The notes: generated from the letters alone by a model not told the origin. 63,894 nt of DNA, filler included, from 6 parts of 6 records of this genome joined end to end with filler, not necessarily neighbours in it; one strand, 5' to 3'; shown: positions 53,414-63,313, counted from the whole stretch's first letter. Numbers and translations are program-made.

Positions 53414-56400
53414 TTAATCCAGCAGCGGCACCTGCCCAGGATTAACAACCCCAAAGTTCGGAATAAACAACTGGATAAAGTCGTCAGCCGAAACGCTCAA
53501 GTCCGCGTTAAAGTCACCCGTACGCACAACATCGTAGTTAACACCATTGAGCAGCACAGTTAACATCCCATTTGTGCCGTTGACCACGTTTGCCGTTGCC
53601 GTCAAATCAATCGTATTAACCTCACCCTGCGTGACTGCCAGGCGTGTTGCCGAAGCAATCGACATATTGCCGCCGTGGCGCACAATTACCCAGTAATCAT
53701 CACTCTGGACGTTATCAAAGTTAACACGCAGTGTAGCGGTTGAGGAAAAGAGTGCACTCTTGCGCGCACGCAGAGTCGAAGTCGCAAGGTCGGCACCTTC
53801 GCGCAGCTCAACAATTGCCGCTGAGCGTTTGTGGGTTAAGCCGTCCCAGAGCCCCATCATGTAAACGTTAACATCCACCGTCGTTTCATCACTTACGAAC
53901 AGAACAAGTTTATCGGCGCGGTAGTCGGGCACCAGGAACAGACCGCCGCCAAGTCCGGCGTCGCGCACTTCACTAAACGCACCGCTGAAACTCTCGTAGG
54001 TAAAAACTGTAAATTCATCACCAGCCGAAGGCGTAAATCCGTTTATCAGGTCAATGTCAAGCACACCGTCGAATGTGAGGTTGCCACCGGAAGAAGTGAT
54101 TTGATCGTGTTCAATCACGGCGCTTGTACCGCCCAGTTCAACCGTATAAGTTGCCGTTGACCCAAGTACAACATCACCTATCAAGTTAATGAGCCCCGGC
54201 GAATTCCCCGGTGCAAGTGCCTGGAGACGACCTGGGTTCGTTCCATCAAATTCAACACTGCCATTGCCACTCAACAGCAATTCTCTGATATTGAGCGGGG
54301 CTTTTTCAAACAGCAGGTAAGCTTCGTCGGCAAGGCTGATATTTCCCGGATCAAATGGTTTAGGACTGCTACCCTTAAACTCAACCGTAGCCGTACCGGC
54401 CTCCGTTTGCTTAACATTTAGCGCTGCGCCGGGACCGGAAGTCACTGAGGCACCGTTTTCGACAATTAACCGTGTCGTGTTGTTGCCGGCTGCGTCAAAA
54501 TTGTCCATCGTAATTGTTCCCAGGTTTTTCAATTCCGCTTCGAGCGAAACAATCGCCTTTTGACCAATAGCAACAGCCTGAAGTAGCAATGCTCCTGAAT
54601 TCTCATTAATGAACCCCATTGCAAGCTTGACTTCTCCGCGCAACTTCATCAACTTTTCGTTTATTACCTGCTTCTTAAATTCTGTATTGCGCGCTGTTAT
54701 CAACTCTTTATTGACGATCGGGCCATCACTGTCAACCTCTACAAAAACCAGCTCAAGGTTGCCTGGCCCTGACATAAACGGATCTTTCAGAAACAGCGAA
54801 CCATCATCAATTAGAAATTGCCCGTTGGGCCCAATTACCACTTCACCGCCGAGTCGTGTTTCGGAGAAGAAATTCTGTTGGTTTTCGAGGACTTCATCAC
54901 CTATGTCAATAACACCATCGCTGTTCAGGATTCCGCCATTATTTCTGATGAGCGATGTCGTGCATGTTGTTACCAGCCCATGATTGATGAGTGATGCGCC
55001 GGCACTGATCGAGAGTTCACGCCTGCCACCCTGACTCCCACGCTCCGTTTTGATCGTAGCTCCGGTGGCATTACACAGCAGGGAGTCTATTCTAAGTATG
55101 GCATTACGGTCAGAGAATTGATTATCGTTGCGCAGTTCAACATCACCTTCGTTGACAAACTTTTTCACGGTAATTAGTTGCCCGTCTCCGGCATTGGAGC
55201 CACTGACTGTGATCGCGGAGTTAATTCGATTTACGAGTTGATCTTCAAAGCGCACCGAACCCTCCAGCAACAAATCATCTTGATTTTCAAACGGACTTTT
55301 CACATTCGTTGAACGCATCTGCGTCGAAATCGCAGAGATGAAGGTGCTGCTACTGAAGAGGTCACCGAATTCCGTGTAGAAAGTTCCATCACCACTAAAG
55401 ACACCTCCCTGATCCTGGAACTGCCCGGAGCTAGTTTCAAACCTGCGCCCCGCTTTAACATCAATCGTGCCGCGATTGCGCATAACTGCCTGGGCACCTG
55501 ACATATTTACGCGGATATCAGCCTGTGAAACGTTAAGTATTAAGGCATTATCAAATTCAGCATTTGAGATTTTAATTTCGGATTCGACATTTACATTTAT
55601 CTGGCCATAGTTGCGCGCCTTTGAGTTGGCAAGTAGATTTAACACCCGCTTGCCGCCTGAAACACCGGGATCAAAAGTGATTGTCCCATTTGTTCCAAGC
55701 GTAAGCTCGCCACCATCGCCCAGCTGGATCGTACTGGTTCGCGCCTGACCGGGGTGATTATTCCCTAGCTGCAGCATTCCATCGTTCTGCATCTCAGCAT
55801 TAATTCTCAATAGACCGTCGCCACCCAATTGTGTGGCGTTCACAAATAGCGTTGCGGTTGAAGTATTCAATAACTCTTTGTTAAAGGTATTGGTACCCGT
55901 CAGTTCCATCTCATTTCTGTTGGAGTAGGCCACTTCAAACGTTGCACCGCGCATCTGCGCATCAACTTTAGACTCAATGTCATCACCTTCAAACTTGGTG
56001 AAGAGCACGTCCATCAGGCCATCGCCAATTATCTCACCGCCGCAAGACTCATATGTTCCATTATCGAGCTGGAAAAAAAATGGGTCGGCAGTATTTACGG
56101 CACCTGCATTCTTGAACGTACCATTAGCATCCATGTCCACAGTCAGGCTCGCATGCGTGACAGTCACAAGAGCGTGATTGCGGAACGTCCCACCGTTAAT
56201 ATCGATATCTGTCTCAACTCCAACTACAACATTGCCGAAGTTGTCAAAAAGTGAATTTTGCTCCGGGATCAAAAAGCGATCACCGAGAGTAGTACCTGGA
56301 AGGGTGGCAACCGTAGCACCGGTTGCATTAATGAATTCCTGGTTTGGCTGAATCCGCAGTCTGGCCGCGCGAGCGTTCAGTGGGTCGCTGTTCGTCAGCT

Positions 56401-58201
56401 CCAACAGCCCACGATTGATCCCCGGACCGGCAAACCGCATATCTGCGTCACCATTATCACCAGCTTCGATTCGGGTTGTAGCGCCGGGCCCGTTTGTAAA
56501 ACTACCGTTAAATGTTGAGGTATTCTGAAAGTCGGCCCTATCGTTGTTAACAAAATCGGAACTGACTGTTACGGCGCGGAACTCCGCATCCATCTCGTTT
56601 GCGAACGTTCCACTTGGCGCGATTGCCACAAAGTGAAATTGACTAAATCCATCACCTTCAACGCTGCCGCCCTGCGGCGAAAATATGCCGCTATTCCAGC
56701 GCGCGGTTCTTCCTGCTTCCACATTGACCGTACCGCTGTTAAAGAACTCCGAGCTGCCGCTGTTGTGCAGTAGCAGGTCACCGCCGGACACGTTGAGTGT
56801 GCCGGCCTGGTCGATGTCTCCAAGCGCATTGTTAAAAAAGGTCGCGTCAGTATTGATGTCCGTAGTACCAAGATTCTCAAACTCAGCGTTGGCATTGATC
56901 GCCATCTGGCGGAAGCCGCCGAAGGTCCCTGACTCAATTGTTACAGTTCCCACGGACTCGTTCGTCAATCGCGCCGAAGCATTGTTAAGACGCAATGTTG
57001 AAGAGCGACCGAGCGAGGGGTGGTCATTTGTTAAGCGCACCTCGCCAAAATTGTCACAGACGTTTTCCAGGCGCAATTCAGAATCGCCATTCAGGCCGCC
57101 AACAATCAAGATTATCGCGCCGGTCGCATTCTCAATGGTGTTGGTAAAAATATTTGTATTAATGAGGGCGATCTGCTCCGTATTCTTAACCGGGGCATTT
57201 ATCGTACAACCACGCAGTCGGCTATCGAGTTTTGGTTCAAAAGTTGTATTCCCAGTGATAGTTCCGGACTGCAGTCGCAGCTCCCCAAAACCATTGAGTG
57301 TCCCGCCCGCAGACTCCAGTCTTCCGCCTATAATTTCCAGGACCTGTCCCAGGCCAACCGTTACAGTGCTGACCAGGATAAAGTCTGAAGTCCCCACCTG
57401 ACTAACCGTAAGATTGCCGCCGGTAATGTTTAAGATTCCACGGTTGTCAAAATCGGAATTACTGCCCGGTGAAAGTATGCTCGACGTGGCAATATGGATG
57501 CCTCCAAAATTGCGCAGGGTTCCATTATTGTTAATTGTTAAACGGCGTTGCCCGGAGTTAGTGCCAGGTTTCACGGTCACCGATCCACCAGTTGCATTCT
57601 CAAACAAAACGCCGTCGCGGACGGTAAGCCTTGCCGTACGCTCTGTTCCAGGATCGCTATTTGTTAAGCAGACTTCACCATTATTAACAAAGTCTTCATC
57701 CACACGCAATTCGGCATCCCCAACAGTTGAGCCTTCAATTACGACACGGCCTCCGGCAACGTTGGTAACCGGATTGTCAAAAGTCGAGGTATTCAGAATC
57801 CGCGTCCGGCCTTTCAGGTCAAGTTCTCCGGGGCCGTTAATTGTTCCACTGCGAATCTGCAGACAGCCGTTAACGCCCAACTCACTGTCGGCCGCAAGTG
57901 TCACAGTTCTAAATTCTACCGCCAGCGTCTGTGTGCCACTGGCACCGCCAACCGTCAAAGAGTTAACACTTACGTTGGCCGCATCAATCGTCACGGTGTA
58001 GGTTCCATCCACGTCGATAAACACGTCATCCCCGGCTCCGGGCAGAACACCACCGGTCCATTTGGTCGGGTCATCCCAGTCGCCATTTACGGCGGAATCC
58101 CAGAATACGTCAGCAGCCAAAACAGTGAAGGTGCAGCCAAGCCACGTGATCAGGCAAAGCCCAGCCACAAAAATCAGACTTTTAAACGATTTAGATGCCA
58201 T
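53414..58201 (-). CDS. Large secreted/surface repeat protein (beta-helix-like passenger, about 210-aa tandem repeats, dockerin-like C-terminus)
   Basis: Signal peptide, W....GDW.D...W..G..P...DDV N-terminal motif, Gly/Asn/Thr-rich beta repeats, APGNSPG...GF.P..GD.F motif, GDFNAD..V...DF tail; GGAG RBS before ATG 58201. Confidence 0.85.
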   Translation of the reverse strand: MASKSFKSLIFVAGLCLITWLGCTFTVLAADVFWDSAVNGDWDDPTKWTGGVLPGAGDDVFIDVDGTYTVTIDAANVSVNSLTVGGASGTQTLAVEFRTVTLAADSELGVNGCLQIRSGTINGPGELDLKGRTRILNTSTFDNPVTNVAGGRVVIEGSTVGDAELRVDEDFVNNGEVCLTNSDPGTERTARLTVRDGVLFENATGGSVTVKPGTNSGQRRLTINNNGTLRNFGGIHIATSSILSPGSNSDFDNRGILNITGGNLTVSQVGTSDFILVSTVTVGLGQVLEIIGGRLESAGGTLNGFGELRLQSGTITGNTTFEPKLDSRLRGCTINAPVKNTEQIALINTNIFTNTIENATGAIILIVGGLNGDSELRLENVCDNFGEVRLTNDHPSLGRSSTLRLNNASARLTNESVGTVTIESGTFGGFRQMAINANAEFENLGTTDINTDATFFNNALGDIDQAGTLNVSGGDLLLHNSGSSEFFNSGTVNVEAGRTARWNSGIFSPQGGSVEGDGFSQFHFVAIAPSGTFANEMDAEFRAVTVSSDFVNNDRADFQNTSTFNGSFTNGPGATTRIEAGDNGDADMRFAGPGINRGLLELTNSDPLNARAARLRIQPNQEFINATGATVATLPGTTLGDRFLIPEQNSLFDNFGNVVVGVETDIDINGGTFRNHALVTVTHASLTVDMDANGTFKNAGAVNTADPFFFQLDNGTYESCGGEIIGDGLMDVLFTKFEGDDIESKVDAQMRGATFEVAYSNRNEMELTGTNTFNKELLNTSTATLFVNATQLGGDGLLRINAEMQNDGMLQLGNNHPGQARTSTIQLGDGGELTLGTNGTITFDPGVSGGKRVLNLLANSKARNYGQINVNVESEIKISNAEFDNALILNVSQADIRVNMSGAQAVMRNRGTIDVKAGRRFETSSGQFQDQGGVFSGDGTFYTEFGDLFSSSTFISAISTQMRSTNVKSPFENQDDLLLEGSVRFEDQLVNRINSAITVSGSNAGDGQLITVKKFVNEGDVELRNDNQFSDRNAILRIDSLLCNATGATIKTERGSQGGRRELSISAGASLINHGLVTTCTTSLIRNNGGILNSDGVIDIGDEVLENQQNFFSETRLGGEVVIGPNGQFLIDDGSLFLKDPFMSGPGNLELVFVEVDSDGPIVNKELITARNTEFKKQVINEKLMKLRGEVKLAMGFINENSGALLLQAVAIGQKAIVSLEAELKNLGTITMDNFDAAGNNTTRLIVENGASVTSGPGAALNVKQTEAGTATVEFKGSSPKPFDPGNISLADEAYLLFEKAPLNIRELLLSGNGSVEFDGTNPGRLQALAPGNSPGLINLIGDVVLGSTATYTVELGGTSAVIEHDQITSSGGNLTFDGVLDIDLINGFTPSAGDEFTVFTYESFSGAFSEVRDAGLGGGLFLVPDYRADKLVLFVSDETTVDVNVYMMGLWDGLTHKRSAAIVELREGADLATSTLRARKSALFSSTATLRVNFDNVQSDDYWVIVRHGGNMSIASATRLAVTQGEVNTIDLTATANVVNGTNGMLTVLLNGVNYDVVRTGDFNADLSVSADDFIQLFIPNFGVVNPGQVPLLD

Positions 58202-58752
58202 TACGGCTCCCAATTTAGAACTGTTTGAGTGTTGGAACGACTACGAGCGGGATAAAAAGGTTCGTCTCTAGGGGGATGTAGAGTACGGGAGCGCACGGCG
58301 GCGTGCGTCGTCGGAAGTGGAGATCTCCGCACAGTCTCATGGCGTTGACTGCTTGTACTGCCTGGCTTCAGCCTGGTTTTTTGACCTTTGAACCGACGCG
58401 AACCTACAACCTGGTGCAACGGAACAAGTCCCAATATACGCAATTGTGCTTCTCTGCAATAGCTCCCCGTTTTGACCTCATTTTTTGTAGGGCGCAAGTC
58501 TTGTGGCAATCGCAGGATGGGGAATCGCTGGTTTTGGTTTTTTCTAAGCGGTCTTCGCCCCCTTCACAGATTCGGTGGCTTGCCTTTTCATCTTGTTAGT
58601 CTCGCAGCCACAAGCCACGATCCTCTGAGCGGGCAAGTCTTTTTGGCGGTGAGACAAGTACTATGGAGTCTCGAGTTGAGTCTGGGAGACTGAGTCTCGA
58701 CTCCAAGTCACAAGACTCGGAGAATTCTAAATTATCAGCCAAATATCCACCA

Positions 58753-58781
58753 GGTCGAGCCCTAAGGGCTCGACCCGGTAG
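58753..58781 (+). repeat. 29-bp palindromic repeat, copy 2
   Basis: Same sequence and orientation as 53050-53078; the stem extends imperfectly as CCACCA...CGGTAG. Confidence 0.9.
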
Positions 58782-58782
58782 C

Positions 58783-58882
58783 NNNNNNNNNNNNNNNNNN
58801 NNNNNNNNNNNNNNNNNNNNNNNNNNTTAATTAATTAANNNNNNNNNNNNNNNNNNNNNNNNNNNNNNNNNNNNNNNNNNNN
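58783..58882. other. Artificial contig-joining linker
   Basis: N44-TTAATTAATTAA-N44. Confidence 0.98.
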
Positions 58883-59344
58883 CGAGTCGATGCCTGTGGG
58901 ATTGGTGTTTGGCAAAGCATCTGGGAGCCCTTCAACCGCATCTTTCACGTTTACTGCTAGCAAAAACACAGTCGCTCCAGCTTGAACAGACTGTGGATTC
59001 AGCGCGCCATCAAATTTCAGGGTAAACGCCCCGGAAGTGGAAAACCCGGATAGGTCGTTTACTGCGGCATCCGCCGGTGAGTTACCAGTTGAAAGACCTG
59101 TGAAGTCATAGTTGGCACTCTGAGTAGCGCCGAGCAAGAGAATCAGATCCGAGTTGATGGGGAACTTCGGTTCCGCCGCAATTGGGTTCGGATCATACAC
59201 TGGACGAACGATGGACCTATCGATGGTTGTATCATCGATTTGGTAATCCGGGTTGGCGTTTGCCCCGGAACTGCCACTGTCAAAACAGCCCGTCAACCCA
59301 AGGGAAGAAGCCACGGCAAGACTTATTAGAGTTTTCTTGAACAT
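58883..59344 (-). CDS. Lipoprotein, N-terminal part (possibly VolA/Pla-1-like extracellular lipase with Ig-like domain); truncated
   Basis: MFKKTLISLAVASSLGLTGC lipobox; P.N.D.L...N.L.GFST motif resembles the lipase N-terminal domain. Confidence 0.6.
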
Positions 59345-59821
59345 GGGTGGAACCTTTTCCTGTTGTTGTGTCGTTATATCCGGCGTTGACGGAACCGGTC
59401 GGCCCCAGAATTCCGCGCACAGCCTTTTCTGATTTGTTGGTTGTCTGAAATTGTAGCCAGCACTTAAAAGCCAATTTCTGTAGCTTCGACTATAGCGACA
59501 GAGTAGCAAGTGTTGATCAGCCAAAAGTGTGATTCTGCGTCTGGAAACCCTCCTCGCACCCTTGGAGTGGCCCTCAATCAAAAATAGTGGCCGCTCCGCG
59601 GTTTGTCGAGTTCCAGTGGCCGGGTAATGCCTGTTTTAACAAATTGTTGCGAATTGGTTTTGCCGTCATAGCTATTTTCGCTGGCGTACATAGCATTTGC
59701 GCCTTCTGTCGCATCAACCGCTGTGTCGAATTTCTGGTAAACTCTCGCTTCCTTATATAAGCAGGGGGCTGCTTTGGTGGCTCCGCATACTTCCGATAAT
59801 CAGCAAGCTGATGAGGCCACT

Positions 59822-61336
59822 ATGACCACCGTGATCCGCCAGGACGACCTGATCGAAAGCGTAGCCGATGCGCTGCAGTTCATTTCCTATTATCACCCGA
59901 AGGATTTCATTCAGGCCGTGTACGAGGCCTACCAGAAGGAAGAGTCCCAGGCGGCCAAGGATGCCATGGCCCAGATTCTGATTAACTCCCGCATGTGTGC
60001 CCAGGGCCACCGTCCGATCTGTCAGGACACCGGTATCGTCACCGTGTTCGTGAACATCGGTATGGACGTGAAGTTCGAGTGCGACATGGCGCTGGACGAT
60101 GTGATCAACGAAGGTGTACGCCGCGCCTACACCCATCCGGACAACGTGCTGCGCGCCTCTGTGCTGGCTGATCCTGACGGCAAGCGCCAGAATACCAAGG
60201 ACAACACCCCGGCCATCATTCACTACAAGATGGTGCCCGGTAACACCGTAGACGTGCACGTGGCGGCCAAGGGCGGTGGCTCTGAAGCCAAGTCCAAGTT
60301 TGCCATGCTGAACCCGTCCGACTCGGTTGTGGACTGGGTGTTGAAGATGGTGCCGCAGATGGGTGCCGGCTGGTGTCCGCCTGGCATGCTGGGTATTGGT
60401 ATTGGTGGTACCGCTGAGAAGGCGATGGAGCTGGCGAAAGAGGCTCTGTTGGATCCGATCGATATTCACGATCTGCAGGCCCGCGGTGCCTCCAATCGTG
60501 CCGAGGAATTGCGCCTGGAGCTGTTCGAGAAGGTGAACGAGCTGGGCATCGGCGCTCAGGGGCTGGGTGGCCTGACCACCGTTCTGGATGTAAAAGTCAA
60601 GGATTACCCCACCCACGCGGCCAACAAGCCGGTGGCGATCATCCCGAACTGCGCAGCAACCCGCCACGCACACTTTGTGCTGGATGGTACGGGCCCGTCC
60701 CTGCAGACCCCGCCGAGCCTGGACGACTGGCCGGAAATCACCTGGGAAGTAGGCGAGAATGTTCGCCGTGTGAATCTGGACACTGTAACTCCGGAAGACG
60801 TGAAAGACTGGCAACCGGGTGAAACCGTTCTGCTGTCCGGCAAGATGCTGACCGGCCGTGATGCGGCCCACAAGAAGATGGTGGATATGATCGAGCGCGG
60901 TGAAGAGCTGCCGGTGGATCTGAAAGGCCGCTTCATCTATTACGTGGGCCCGGTTGATCCCGTAGGCGAAGAAGTGGTTGGCCCCGCCGGCCCTACGACT
61001 GCAACCCGCATGGACAAGTTCACTGACACCATGCTGGAAAAAACCGGCCTGACTGGCATGATCGGCAAAGCCGAGCGTGGTCAGGTTGCCATCGACGCCA
61101 TCAAGAAGCACGGCGCAGTGTATCTGATGGCGGTGGGTGGTGCTGCATACCTGGTCTCCAAGGCCATCAAGGGCGCCAAGGTGGTGGCCTTCGAAGAGCT
61201 GGGTATGGAAGCCATCTATGAGTTTGAGGTGGAAGAAATGCCGGTAACAGTAGCCGTGGATTCCCGTGGCAGTTCCGTGCACCAGACCGGCCCAGTTGAG
61301 TGGCACGACAAGATCATTGCCGCCAAGGCGGTTTGA
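59822..61336 (+). CDS. Class I (Fe-S) fumarate hydratase
   Basis: RPICQDTG, AKGGGSE, GWCPPG, CAATRH, TGRDAAH, GPTT..RMD. Confidence 0.95.
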   Translation: MTTVIRQDDLIESVADALQFISYYHPKDFIQAVYEAYQKEESQAAKDAMAQILINSRMCAQGHRPICQDTGIVTVFVNIGMDVKFECDMALDDVINEGVRRAYTHPDNVLRASVLADPDGKRQNTKDNTPAIIHYKMVPGNTVDVHVAAKGGGSEAKSKFAMLNPSDSVVDWVLKMVPQMGAGWCPPGMLGIGIGGTAEKAMELAKEALLDPIDIHDLQARGASNRAEELRLELFEKVNELGIGAQGLGGLTTVLDVKVKDYPTHAANKPVAIIPNCAATRHAHFVLDGTGPSLQTPPSLDDWPEITWEVGENVRRVNLDTVTPEDVKDWQPGETVLLSGKMLTGRDAAHKKMVDMIERGEELPVDLKGRFIYYVGPVDPVGEEVVGPAGPTTATRMDKFTDTMLEKTGLTGMIGKAERGQVAIDAIKKHGAVYLMAVGGAAYLVSKAIKGAKVVAFEELGMEAIYEFEVEEMPVTVAVDSRGSSVHQTGPVEWHDKIIAAKAV

Positions 61337-61378
61337 TCTGAGTCTTTGTTAGTCCGGTGGCAGCCTTGGGTGTTCGGC

Positions 61379-61702
61379 TCAAGGCTGCCACTGAAAGTCA
61401 TTCATCTTTACCTTTCCTTTGTACACTTCCACCCCTTCCAGCCTCAGTTTCTCTGTTTGAAGCTGGCAGGTTTCCGTGCCTTCAGGAAAGGCGATCTGGC
61501 CGTTGCTCCGGATAACCCGATACCAGGGAATGCAGTGGCCGGCGGGCAGTTTGCCCAGGGCCCGGCCAACGAAACGCGCCTGGCGTCCGAGGCCGGCCAT
61601 GGCGGCTACCTGACCATAGCTGGCCACTTTCCCTTTCGGAATCGCGGCCACTACCTGCCAGATTTTCTGCTCCTTTGTCGGTTCCTTTTCGGACTCGTTC
61701 AT
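61379..61702 (-). CDS. Alkyltransferase-like (ATL/MGMT-family) DNA-binding protein
   Basis: IPKGKVASYGQVA, AR.VG, PWYRV in place of PCHRV, Q...L..EGV. Confidence 0.9.
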   Translation of the reverse strand: MNESEKEPTKEQKIWQVVAAIPKGKVASYGQVAAMAGLGRQARFVGRALGKLPAGHCIPWYRVIRSNGQIAFPEGTETCQLQTEKLRLEGVEVYKGKVKMNDFQWQP

Positions 61703-61725
61703 TCAGAGCTCCGGTATTGGCCGGG

Positions 61726-62487
61726 TTACAGGCGCAGGGCGCCGTCCACCTCGATCATGCGGCCAGAAACGTAGTCGTTCTCGAAGATAAACGCTACCGC
61801 TGAGGCGATTTCCTCTGGCTTGCCCATGCGTTTCAGGGGGATGCCGGCGGTCATTTTCTCCAGGGCTTCGGGCTTCATGGAGGCCGTCATTTCGGTTTCG
61901 ATAAACCCTGGGGCGATGCCCATGCAGCGGATGCCGTAGCGGGCGAGTTCTTTGGCCCACACTGGCACCAGGGCAGATACGCCGGCTTTGGCGGCGGAGT
62001 AGTTGCTCTGGCCCATGTTTCCGGCGCGGGAGATGGAGGCGATGTTGATGATCGCGCCCTGGTCGCCGTTTTCGATCATGCGGGTGGCCGCTTCCCGGCC
62101 GCACAGGAAAACGCCGGTGAGGTTAACGTCGATCACGGACTGCCACTGGGCCAGTTCCATGCGCTTCTCGAGCTTGCCGTCCTTGAATTTCACCATCAGG
62201 CCGTCGCGCAGGATGCCGGCGTTGTTCACCAGGCCGTTGAGGTGGCCGAAGTCATTGATGATTGCCTGAAAGGTTGCCTCAACGTCTTCTTCTTTGGCGA
62301 CGTTACAGACATAGGTTTTGGCGTCGCCACCGGCCAGTTTGCAGGCCTCAGCGGCTTCAGCCAGCTTGTCTTCCATCAGGTCGATGAGTGCCAGCCTGGC
62401 GCCTTTGGCTGCCAGGTATTCAGCCATTGCGCGGCCGAGGCCCTGGCCGCCACCAGTGATTGCGATAACAGAATCTTGAAGTTTCAT
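61726..62487 (-). CDS. SDR oxidoreductase (FabG-like)
   Basis: TGGGQGLG, NNAGILRD, NYSAAKAG. Confidence 0.92.
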   Translation of the reverse strand: MKLQDSVIAITGGGQGLGRAMAEYLAAKGARLALIDLMEDKLAEAAEACKLAGGDAKTYVCNVAKEEDVEATFQAIINDFGHLNGLVNNAGILRDGLMVKFKDGKLEKRMELAQWQSVIDVNLTGVFLCGREAATRMIENGDQGAIINIASISRAGNMGQSNYSAAKAGVSALVPVWAKELARYGIRCMGIAPGFIETEMTASMKPEALEKMTAGIPLKRMGKPEEIASAVAFIFENDYVSGRMIEVDGALRL

Positions 62488-62559
62488 GGTTTGCCCTAAT
62501 TAAGTTCAGAGGTGTTTTACGTTCTCTGTGTGTCTGCATCGTTTTTATGGGGAGGCATT

Positions 62560-63117
62560 TTGCCCGTTTTCTTTTTTCTTTTCATCGTTATGCCCATTGC
62601 CGAACTGGCGGTATTGATTCAGGTCGGTAGCGTTATCGGCGTGTTGAATACGGTAGGGCTGGTGTTTCTGACGGCTGTAATCGGGGCCTGGTTGCTGCGC
62701 CAGCAGGGGCTGGCGACCTTGTTGCGGGCGAATGAACGGCTCAACAGCGGTGAGTTGCCGGCAAAAGAAGTGGCCGAGGGGCTGATTCTTGCGGTCGGTG
62801 GCGCCATGTTGCTCACGCCGGGGTTTATCACCGACACCTTCGGCTTTCTGTGTTTGTTGCCGGGCTCGCGACATTGGCTGGCATCGCAGGCGCTGAAGCG
62901 GATGACGGTGTCGGGGCAGAATCACGGCCGGAGTTTCTTTTTCAGCGCCGGAGGCGGTGCAGGGCCCTTCGGGCAAGGCCCATTTGGCCAGCAGCGACCA
63001 TTCGATCGTGATGCCAACGGCAACATCATTGAAGGCGAGTACCAGGATCAGACCCGGACTGATAGGGGCCAGCTCCAGCAGGGGCAGTCTGATCAGGATG
63101 AGCAGGAAAAAAAGTGA
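62560..63117 (+). CDS. fxsA: FxsA family membrane protein
   Basis: P..EL, LLTPGFITD..G, C-terminal IIEGEY; GGAGG RBS before TTG 62560; upstream of groES. Confidence 0.9.
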   Translation: MPVFFFLFIVMPIAELAVLIQVGSVIGVLNTVGLVFLTAVIGAWLLRQQGLATLLRANERLNSGELPAKEVAEGLILAVGGAMLLTPGFITDTFGFLCLLPGSRHWLASQALKRMTVSGQNHGRSFFFSAGGGAGPFGQGPFGQQRPFDRDANGNIIEGEYQDQTRTDRGQLQQGQSDQDEQEKK

Positions 63118-63137
63118 AATTTTTTTCGTTGCGGGTG

Positions 63138-63162
63138 TTGAAAACCTTTCGCTCAACCCCAT
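63138..63162 (+). promoter_or_regulatory. Sigma32 (RpoH) heat-shock promoter of groESL
   Basis: TTGAAA-N13-CCCCAT. Confidence 0.8.
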
Positions 63163-63313
63163 TAACACAGCACAGATTCGCTTCAGGCTGAAAACCGCTG
63201 TCTATCAGTGGCTTGGATGCCGGGGCAATTTGTCGGGTCCGGGTCTCCGGCCAGACATTTTTAACATGCAATTGTCATTGCCACATTAATCTGACTATTG
63301 GAGAAACAGAGCA

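Noticed and set aside
53050-58782. CRISPR array or circular plasmid/phage suggested by the terminal repeats
   Set aside because: Only two copies 5.7 kb apart, no spacers or cas genes, no replication or phage genes, and the ends diverge after 29 bp rather than forming a clean circular overlap.
59753-61306. 517-aa ORF antisense to fumarate hydratase
   Set aside because: Mirror-frame artefact; the sense protein is a clear class I fumarase.
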